From: an uncultured Gammaproteobacteria bacterium
GTDB lineage: Bacteria > Patescibacteriota > Patescibacteriia > UBA1558 > CAZAXS01
Length of the DNA stretch: 31,123 bases
Assembly: GCA_964489205.1 (NCBI GenBank)
Contig: CAZAXS010000001.1
Coordinates: 1 to 31,123, forward strand
Direction of reading: 5' to 3'
Shown here one piece after another: positions 24,601-31,123 of the stretch (within the stretch, counting starts at the first letter, position 1; every line of letters begins with the position of its first letter). The notes under the pieces are model-generated. The model saw only the letters and a program-made list of their open reading frames with translations, was not told where the DNA came from and did not search any database. The translations under genes were made by a program, and so were the position numbers.

Positions 24601-24628
24601 AAAAAATCCCCCATTTTTTTGGGGGAAA
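24601..24628 (-). terminator. Intrinsic terminator after rplU
   Basis: Stem TCCCCCA/TGGGGGA followed on the minus strand by a T run. Confidence 0.6.
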
Positions 24629-24631
24629 TTC

Positions 24632-24934
24632 TTATAATGATTTTATTTTTACCTCGGTGAAAGGTTGTCTATGACCATAAACCTTGTCGTAACGAACCTT
24701 TGGTTTATATTTCTGAACCCTTATTTTTTTAGCCTTACCTTGTTTAACAATTTCGGCCTTAGCTTTTACTTCTAAAACTGGTTTACCAATTTCCACCTTG
24801 TCACCGTCAGCGACTAACAAAGTTTCCATTTCAACCTCTTGTTGTGGCTCAGCTGACAAGCGCTCAACCTTCAAACTCATTCCTTCATGCACCAAATATT
24901 GCTTGCCACCGGTGCGAATTATTGCCAATTTCAT
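24632..24934 (-). CDS. rplU: 50S ribosomal protein L21
   Basis: AIIRTGGKQY.V..G..LKVE, KI.V.KYKPK..Y....GHRQPFT.VKI. Confidence 0.97.
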   Translation of the reverse strand: MKLAIIRTGGKQYLVHEGMSLKVERLSAEPQQEVEMETLLVADGDKVEIGKPVLEVKAKAEIVKQGKAKKIRVQKYKPKVRYDKVYGHRQPFTEVKIKSL

Positions 24935-24971
24935 AGAATTTACTTAAAAAATATAGATTTACACTGGAAAG

Positions 24972-24999
24972 ATTCTAACAAATTAACGATATTTGTCAA
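24972..24999 (-). promoter_or_regulatory. Putative sigma70 promoter for rplU
   Basis: Minus strand reads TTGACA-16 nt-TAGAAT with an extended -10 TG. Confidence 0.65.
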
Positions 25000-25015
25000 G
25001 TCCAAAACAAGACGA

Positions 25016-26137
25016 TTAATAGTTAAAATCACCAACCACTTCTGGCTCAACCCTCAATTTTACCCCAAATTCTCGATTTACATCATTAATAACTGCGCAG
25101 GCCAATTCATATACATCCTTGGCTGTCGCCCTGCCTGTAAAATTACTAATAACACCAGCATGAGTTTCTAATATTTTCGCCCCACCATTAATTTTACCCT
25201 TATAGCCCAAAGATTCAATTAACAAGCCATATGGTATTTTATATCCCTGAGCCACACAAAAACTGGCTTTCATTTTTAACAAATAATCAGCTTTGTCTGC
25301 TAGTCCTCTATTTTTTAATTTTTCTACTATTTGATTATAAGCATTTTCCTCAACAACTTCAGCGTTAAAAAAACTACCACAACTTCCACGCTCTGGAACA
25401 TCAGGAAAAGGAAACTTTTTATCTCTAATTTCAATTAATGCCTGACGAATAGTTTTTAAATCGGGCTTTATTATGCCATGATCGGCAAAATATTTTTGAA
25501 CATCACCGTAATTCGAATTAACTGAAGCGGATTTTTTTAAACGAAAACTAACATCAGTTATTATATATTTATCTTTATCAAGCTCCGGGATGTTGAAACG
25601 ACTTTGTCTGTAACCAAAATTTAAATCTTTTGACAAAAATTCTTTCTCTATTTGTGAATTTATTTCAACCACCGCTACCGCCACAACCGTTTCTGAAACC
25701 TCTTGTCCGTAGCAACCAATGTTTTGTACCACCGACGCCCCAACTGAACCAGGCACTCGCGACATATTTTCAATTCCGTATAAATTATTATCAATCGCAA
25801 AACTAACAAAAGCGTCCCAATTTTCACCGGCACCAATTTTATAATCAACATAATCATCAGTTTCAACAATCTTTTTATAACCTTTAATATTGTTTTTTAT
25901 TACTAAACCAGAAAAACCTTTATCGGAAAATAAGATATTACACCCTTCGCCTATTACTTTTATTTCAAGTTTTTGTTTTAAAGCGTATTTTAGAATTTGT
26001 TTTAACTCTTCAACCGAAGTAGTTTCAACATAATATTCAGACGGACCACCAACAAACATGCTTGTGTGTTTGGCCATTGATTCACTTTTTATAATTTTTT
26101 TTATAACTGGAAAATTATCTTCACTTATATTATTCAT
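25016..26137 (-). CDS. murB: UDP-N-acetylenolpyruvoylglucosamine reductase
   Basis: HT...VGGP, IGEG.N.LFSD, GAG..WD, GIENM..VPGSVGA...QNIG.YG, FGYRQS.F, GSCGSFF, HA..I.N, L..E. Confidence 0.93.
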   Translation of the reverse strand: MNNISEDNFPVIKKIIKSESMAKHTSMFVGGPSEYYVETTSVEELKQILKYALKQKLEIKVIGEGCNILFSDKGFSGLVIKNNIKGYKKIVETDDYVDYKIGAGENWDAFVSFAIDNNLYGIENMSRVPGSVGASVVQNIGCYGQEVSETVVAVAVVEINSQIEKEFLSKDLNFGYRQSRFNIPELDKDKYIITDVSFRLKKSASVNSNYGDVQKYFADHGIIKPDLKTIRQALIEIRDKKFPFPDVPERGSCGSFFNAEVVEENAYNQIVEKLKNRGLADKADYLLKMKASFCVAQGYKIPYGLLIESLGYKGKINGGAKILETHAGVISNFTGRATAKDVYELACAVINDVNREFGVKLRVEPEVVGDFNY

Positions 26138-26143
26138 AAATGC

Positions 26144-26602
26144 TTACTTAGCCAAAAAAACCCGATCACCAATTTTAAAATTATTAGCTTGATAAGCATT
26201 AACTTCCAAAACCATATTAACACCTGCTGGCGAACGAACAATAGCCGGCAATTGACCCACTTCGGGAGCGGGTACGACTTTTTCAATTCCAATAATCTTA
26301 TTATCGTCAATCCAAATAATGTCTAACGGTATCAACATGCCTTTCATCCAAAACTCTTTGACTCCACTTTCTGGAAATATAAATAACATACCGCAGTTTT
26401 GACACAAAGCTTTGCGTCCAGATAATCCCGCTTGCCACTGCGGCGGTGTTGTTGCTAGTTCAACCTGAATTTTTTCATTTCTAATATATAAATAATTATC
26501 GTTGGTTGGTGAAAAAAACTTCAATAATTCCAATGAGAAAAACAAAATAGCCACCGCGCTTAAAGTGATGATAATAATAAATACTTTATGTAGCTTTTTC
26601 AT
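26144..26602 (-). CDS. DUF192 family protein
   Basis: N-terminal TM helix; VELA.T....GLSGR..L....GMLFIF.....FWMK.M..PLDIIWI, VLEVNA, .GD.V. Confidence 0.9.
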   Translation of the reverse strand: MKKLHKVFIIIITLSAVAILFFSLELLKFFSPTNDNYLYIRNEKIQVELATTPPQWQAGLSGRKALCQNCGMLFIFPESGVKEFWMKGMLIPLDIIWIDDNKIIGIEKVVPAPEVGQLPAIVRSPAGVNMVLEVNAYQANNFKIGDRVFLAK

Positions 26603-27620
26603 ACTTTTTTATTAAATAAACAACCATGATAATGGTTACTAGCGATAGAGTTATAAATAGTAACATTTTACCTACCGTTCCCAATATTAAAGCCAATGAA
26701 CCAGCAATAATGGCAATTAAATATAAAGTTACTGCAACTTTTTTTGTAGAAAAACCAGCGTCAACTAAACGAAAATGTAAATGTTTACGATCGGCGTGAG
26801 AAAATGGTGACTGCTTTTTTATCATTCTTTGGATAATAACCAAAATAACATCAACTATAGGCACCGCCATTACTACTAATGCGGTTGCAATTTTCGCACC
26901 AGAAATAATTGATAAGACTCCTAACCAAAAACCTAAAATAGTTGAACCGCTCTCTCCTAAAAAAATTTTTGCTGGCGAAAAATTCCATAATAGAAAACCT
27001 AAGCAAGCGCCAACAAAAATTAATATTAATTCCGGTGTAATTGATTGTGGTCTGTCCCAAACTAAACTAACAAAAAATAAATAAACCGCGCCGATAACCG
27101 TAATACCGGTTGCTAATCCATCAATTCCGTCGAGCAACTTTGTGGTATAGGTCATGCCTAATAACCAAACAAATACCAAACTAACCGATAACCAAGTTGC
27201 TGGTAAATAAAAAATTCCACCCAAAGGATTGGTAACGTACTCTATTCTTAATCCAGAAAAAATCATAATAATAACTGCCAAAAAACTAACCGATATTTGT
27301 TGCCACGGCTTTAAACTAAGCTTATCGTCAATAATTCCACCGAATAATAAAACCAGGCTTGCAAAAAATAACGCACTCAGTAGTCTGCCTTCGGTAGCCG
27401 ATAACGTCCAATCAAAAACGTAACGATTAATAAAAAAACTTATACTTAAACTTAAAAACAAAACCAACCCGCCCATTAATGGAATTGGTTGTTTGTGTAA
27501 CTTACGTTTTGCGTCTGGCTGATCAACAATATTAAAACGTTTGGCCAGTCTTATAACAAACGGGCTAATCATAACCGCCAAAACAATGCTAATAATAAAA
27601 GTTGGTAGAAACATTGTCAT
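26586..27620 (-). CDS. Polyprenyl-phosphate HexNAc-1-phosphate transferase (WecA/TagO-like, MraY superfamily)
   Basis: Multi-TM protein; D.P..RKLH..PIPLMGG, G.IDD, DGIDGL, NF.PAKIFLG..GS, ADRKHLH.RL. Confidence 0.88.
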   Translation of the reverse strand: MTMFLPTFIISIVLAVMISPFVIRLAKRFNIVDQPDAKRKLHKQPIPLMGGLVLFLSLSISFFINRYVFDWTLSATEGRLLSALFFASLVLLFGGIIDDKLSLKPWQQISVSFLAVIIMIFSGLRIEYVTNPLGGIFYLPATWLSVSLVFVWLLGMTYTTKLLDGIDGLATGITVIGAVYLFFVSLVWDRPQSITPELILIFVGACLGFLLWNFSPAKIFLGESGSTILGFWLGVLSIISGAKIATALVVMAVPIVDVILVIIQRMIKKQSPFSHADRKHLHFRLVDAGFSTKKVAVTLYLIAIIAGSLALILGTVGKMLLFITLSLVTIIMVVYLIKKYEKAT

Positions 27621-27624
27621 AGCT

Positions 27625-28023
27625 TTAGTTTAGTCCATCTAGATATGTTTGTGCAATTAAAATAGCCGCTCCTCGATCGTCATTATCACTAGTGGAGCTT
27701 CTTTTGGCCTGTTTTGTAGTCCAACGCTCATCAACGGTTACTATTTTTATATTAAACCATTTTTTTAACTCCTCAACTAACTCGATTGTTTTTTGCGTTC
27801 GAATAGTTTTATTGCCAGCTAGATTATACGGCATACCAACAACCAAACATTCAACGTCATACTCAGCAATTAACCTAGTCAACTCTTGTTTTAATAATTC
27901 GGTTGCTACTGTTTTTAAACCAACCGCTGTTTTGGTCGCTAAATGACCTAATGCTAGCCCATTTTTAGCATCTCCTAAATCAATCCCGATAATAAATTTA
28001 TTGCCAATATTGTTCACTGACAT
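27625..28023 (-). CDS. ruvX: YqgF/RuvX RNase H-fold nuclease
   Basis: IIGIDLG...GLALG, LVVGMP, VDERWTT..A, D..AA.LI.Q.YL. The exact start is uncertain (26-nt overlap with map). Confidence 0.9.
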   Translation of the reverse strand: MSVNNIGNKFIIGIDLGDAKNGLALGHLATKTAVGLKTVATELLKQELTRLIAEYDVECLVVGMPYNLAGNKTIRTQKTIELVEELKKWFNIKIVTVDERWTTKQAKRSSTSDNDDRGAAILIAQTYLDGLN

Positions 28024-28780
28024 ATGGAGTTAAAATTTCGTAACCGGTTTTTGTTATAACCGCGGTTTGTTCATAGTGAGCTGACCAACTACCATCGACA
28101 GTTAATATATCCCAGTTGTTGCTGGCGATTTTTATATCAGGCGCACCTAAACTAAACATTGGTTCGATTGCTATTACAGTCCCTTCGGGCAAAACAACAC
28201 CGGTATTTTTTCGTCCATAATTTGTTATAGGCGGAAATTCGTGAACACCACGTCCCACACCATGACCAGTTAATCCATCAACGACCGATAAATCATATTT
28301 TGTTGCTGTCACTTCTATTGCATTACCAATATCACCCGTTCTAACACCAGCCATTAATTTAGCTAAGCCCTCATTTAAAGCTTCACGCGTCCCCCGTAAC
28401 AATCTTTTAACATCTTCATTAATGTTACCAACTGGAATGGTAACTGCCATGTCTGTACACAAGCCCTTGTGCCAAACACCAACATCTATACCAACAATAT
28501 CACCAGTTTTTAAAATATTTTTATTTGGAATACCATGAACAATGCCATCGTTTACACTAATACAGGTAGCAGCCGGATAAGGGGGTTTTCCGTAACCCAA
28601 AAACGAAGGTTTTACCTTGTGTTCGTCCATTAATTTTTTGGCTAAATTCTCTAAACTTAAAGTACTAATACCTGGTTTAACCGCTTTAGCCAATTCGTCA
28701 ATAATCAAAGCTAAAATTTTCCCGCCTTGTCGTAAAAATTCAATTTCTTGTTCTGTTTTAATATCCACTTTTTGATTCAT
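27998..28780 (-). CDS. map: Methionine aminopeptidase type I
   Basis: SVND.IVHGIP, GDIV.ID.G, D.A, GHGVG..HE.P, IEPM, SAHYEQT. Confidence 0.96.
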   Translation of the reverse strand: MNQKVDIKTEQEIEFLRQGGKILALIIDELAKAVKPGISTLSLENLAKKLMDEHKVKPSFLGYGKPPYPAATCISVNDGIVHGIPNKNILKTGDIVGIDVGVWHKGLCTDMAVTIPVGNINEDVKRLLRGTREALNEGLAKLMAGVRTGDIGNAIEVTATKYDLSVVDGLTGHGVGRGVHEFPPITNYGRKNTGVVLPEGTVIAIEPMFSLGAPDIKIASNNWDILTVDGSWSAHYEQTAVITKTGYEILTPYVSEQYWQ

Positions 28781-28795
28781 AAATTTTGCAATAAA

Positions 28796-29431
28796 CTATC
28801 TTAAAGCTAAAGTTGTTACTACTTTTTCAAACGCCTCTTCAATTGGTCCGGACGTATCAACTACCCGATGAACATCTTTATCTTGGTAAAACTTTCTAAG
28901 ATCTTTAGAAAGCTCGTGGTACAAAGATAAGCGTTGTTTTATGGCTTCTGGTTTGTCATCGTCACGTTGAAATAACAATCCCTCACAATGATCACACTGA
29001 CCGTTATTTTTAGGTGGATTTGACTCAGCATTATAAACCCAACCACACTTACCACAACTCCACCTAGCACTTAAACGTTTAACGGCTGTTTCGTCATTAA
29101 TTGATAGCTCCAAAGCTACATCAATATTTACTATTGAATCAAGAAACTGAGCCTGATACAAACGTCGTGGATAGCCATCCAAAATAAAACCTTGTAATGG
29201 TGTTTCGCCGTATATATGTGACTTAATTAATTCATTAGTAATATCATCATTAATAAGTTGCCCACTTTTTAAAATCGAACCGATTTCTTGGCCTAAATTA
29301 CTACCCGAATTAACTTCCTTGCGTAATAGCTCTCCCATAGATAAATGTGGGATACCAAAACGTTCCTTAATTAGTTGTCCTTGCGTGCCCTTACCAGATC
29401 CCTGAGGCCCAAATAAAACGATTCTTAACAT
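28796..29431 (-). CDS. adk: Adenylate kinase with a Zn-binding LID
   Basis: GPQGSGKGTQ, HLSMG.LLR, GFILDGYPR, C..CG..Y...C..C, QR.DD..E....RL..Y. Confidence 0.96.
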   Translation of the reverse strand: MLRIVLFGPQGSGKGTQGQLIKERFGIPHLSMGELLRKEVNSGSNLGQEIGSILKSGQLINDDITNELIKSHIYGETPLQGFILDGYPRRLYQAQFLDSIVNIDVALELSINDETAVKRLSARWSCGKCGWVYNAESNPPKNNGQCDHCEGLLFQRDDDKPEAIKQRLSLYHELSKDLRKFYQDKDVHRVVDTSGPIEEAFEKVVTTLALR

Positions 29432-29502
29432 GTTTATATATGATTAATAATTAGATATCACCAACGAATAATAACGTTTTTTAAAGCTAATCGCAAGCAA
29501 AA

Positions 29503-29543
29503 AAATAAGAGGGTCGCCCTAATAAAGCAACACCCTCTTATTT
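29503..29543 (-). terminator. Terminator-like hairpin between secY and adk
   Basis: 12-bp stem AAATAAGAGGGT/ACCCTCTTATTT with a T run on the minus strand. Confidence 0.55.
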
Positions 29544-29558
29544 AATAAAAACCTAGAT

Positions 29559-30827
29559 TTACAACTTATCGTAATCACGCATCGTTAATTGGGAGTCTAT
29601 CTTTCTCATAGTTTCAATAACAACAGAAACAACGATCAACAAACTAGAGCCACCAACAACCATATTTGCACTACCGGTGAAATATTGCACCACAAGCGGT
29701 AGAATTGCGATTAAACCTAAGAAAAGCGCGCCAGCTAACAAAATTCGGTTAACTATAACTTGCAAATATTCAGTGGTGTGACTACCCGGTCGAATACCTG
29801 GGATAAAACCACCTTGCTTTTGCAAATTTTCAGCAATTTGTTCTGGATGAAAAACGATGTAGGTATAAAAATATGTAAAAGCCACTACTAGGATAAAATA
29901 TATAGTTCCGTAAATTGCCTGATCTTGAAAAGCTTGAATAACAAATTTTGCGGCGCTAACTAGAGCTGGAGACTGTGCTCCGACAAAAAACTGAGCAATT
30001 GTTTGTGGAAAAATTATCAAAGAAATGGCAAAAATGATAGGGATCATTCCGGCCATATTAACTTTTAATGGTAAATGACTATTAACACCGCCGTACATTC
30101 TTCCGCCACGCATTTGACGTGCGTATTGAACTGGAATTAAGCGCTGTCCTTCAGTCATTACTACTACCCCTAAAATAGTAACTAAACCTAACACAACATA
30201 AACTAATATTTGTAGTATCTGACTAGTATCAAAAGTTAAAGCCATTTGTTGCACGGTTTCTGGAAGAGAAGCGACGATGCCGGCAAATATCAACAACGAA
30301 ATACCGTTACCAACATTTTTCTCGGTGATTAACTCGCCTAACCAAATTAAGAAGATACTTCCAGCTACAATTGTCAAAATTGTAGTTAACCAAGTTATCA
30401 AACTTAAATCACCGATTAAGCCTGTTTGTCGTTGCAACAAAACAATAAATGCATAACCTTGCATCGCAGCAAAAGGAACGGTTAGATACCTAGTCCATTG
30501 ATTTATTTTCTTTTGACCATCTGGTTCTTTAGAAAGTTGCTCCATTGAAGGCACGATCATGGTTAATAACTGCAAAATAATTGAAGCAGTAATGTAAGGA
30601 CCAACACCAAGCATCACAATTGAAAAGTTTTCTAAACCACCACCAGAAAATAAGTTCAACAAACCTAAAACTTGGTTTCGTGCAAACAATTGGCGCAAAC
30701 CCTCCACATCAACCCCAGGAATAGGAATGTGAGCTACTATTCTAAAAATTACTAGCATTGCCAATACAAACAAAATGCTATTGCGTAAATCTTTAGAATG
30801 CCACATTTGGACAAGTTTTTGCCACAT
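29559..30827 (-). CDS. secY: Preprotein translocase subunit SecY
   Basis: IPIPG.D, GVGPYITASII.QLL, WLGELITE..VGNGISLLIFAGI, FIPGIRPG, GGSSLLIVV.V. Confidence 0.97.
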   Translation of the reverse strand: MWQKLVQMWHSKDLRNSILFVLAMLVIFRIVAHIPIPGVDVEGLRQLFARNQVLGLLNLFSGGGLENFSIVMLGVGPYITASIILQLLTMIVPSMEQLSKEPDGQKKINQWTRYLTVPFAAMQGYAFIVLLQRQTGLIGDLSLITWLTTILTIVAGSIFLIWLGELITEKNVGNGISLLIFAGIVASLPETVQQMALTFDTSQILQILVYVVLGLVTILGVVVMTEGQRLIPVQYARQMRGGRMYGGVNSHLPLKVNMAGMIPIIFAISLIIFPQTIAQFFVGAQSPALVSAAKFVIQAFQDQAIYGTIYFILVVAFTYFYTYIVFHPEQIAENLQKQGGFIPGIRPGSHTTEYLQVIVNRILLAGALFLGLIAILPLVVQYFTGSANMVVGGSSLLIVVSVVIETMRKIDSQLTMRDYDKL

Positions 30828-30831
30828 ATAA

Positions 30832-31123
30832 TTATTTTTTAATAACTTCTTTTACTTTTTTAACTGAACCCTGTTCAATACTACCACCAGCAGAAACAAT
30901 AGCACTGCGAGCAGCTAAAGTGTATGAATCAAGTTTTACAGTTAATTTCTTCGTAATCTTGGAATCAGCTAAAAGTTTAACACCACGACCATTACCATTA
31001 ATTAAACCTAACTTTTTCAAAGCACGAATGTTAACAATCTCACCCTCTTTAAAATACTTTTCCAAAGTTGAAGTTTTAATAATTTCGTACTTTGGTGTCT
31101 GACTGTTAAAACCTTTATTCTTA
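30832..31123 (-). CDS. rplO: 50S ribosomal protein L15, truncated by the window end
   Basis: The frame stays open to the window edge: KNKGFNSQTPKYEIIKTSTLEKYF...GVKLLA..KITKKLTV....T.AA..AI..AGG. Upstream of secY as in the spc operon. Confidence 0.92.
   Translation of the reverse strand, partial: KNKGFNSQTPKYEIIKTSTLEKYFKEGEIVNIRALKKLGLINGNGRGVKLLADSKITKKLTVKLDSYTLAARSAIVSAGGSIEQGSVKKVKEVIKK

Noticed and set aside
12474-31102. Remaining short shadow ORFs (9429-9641 lies just outside this span; 12474-12704, 13805-14026, 15499-15762, 17403-17651, 18945-19148, 21350-21547, 24243-24434, 24887-25171, 25675-25869, 26851-27060, 27229-27423, 27692-27946, 30920-31102)
   Set aside because: All overlap conserved genes on the opposite strand or in another frame and show no independent coding signal.

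Overview
Low-GC bacterial chromosome segment, genetic code 11, most consistent with a Patescibacteria (CPR) genome. That assignment is inferred from gene content and style and is not proven. Left (1-8.5 kb, minus strand): a cell-surface operon resembling the Firmicute WxL/csc clusters. It holds a small WxL-like protein, a DUF916/DUF3324-like partner with a C-terminal TM helix plus LysM, a membrane-anchored class A beta-lactamase-like hydrolase, a 1598-aa WxL-like adhesin with two apparently identical 1769-bp modules, and a truncated Ig-like secreted protein. Middle (8.6-21.1 kb): an interrupted NUDIX gene, a nucleotidyltransferase, rpoD-dnaG, rlmN, SIMPL and FN3 surface proteins, and three tRNAs (Asn-GTT, Ser-GGA, Lys-TTT). 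Right: housekeeping genes dnaB-ybaB-recR, rplU, murB, DUF192, a WecA/TagO-like transferase, ruvX, map, adk, secY and partial rplO. The most unusual signal is at the tRNAs. tRNA-Asn and tRNA-Ser each carry a ~320-340 bp unit made of a minimal GIY-YIG nuclease gene and a duplicated piece of the tRNA. In each duplicate a GC-rich palindrome is inserted exactly in a tRNA loop (D-loop for Asn, T-loop for Ser). A related double-hairpin motif lies next to all three tRNAs. No integrase or transposase is present in the window. All alignments and pairings were done by eye.
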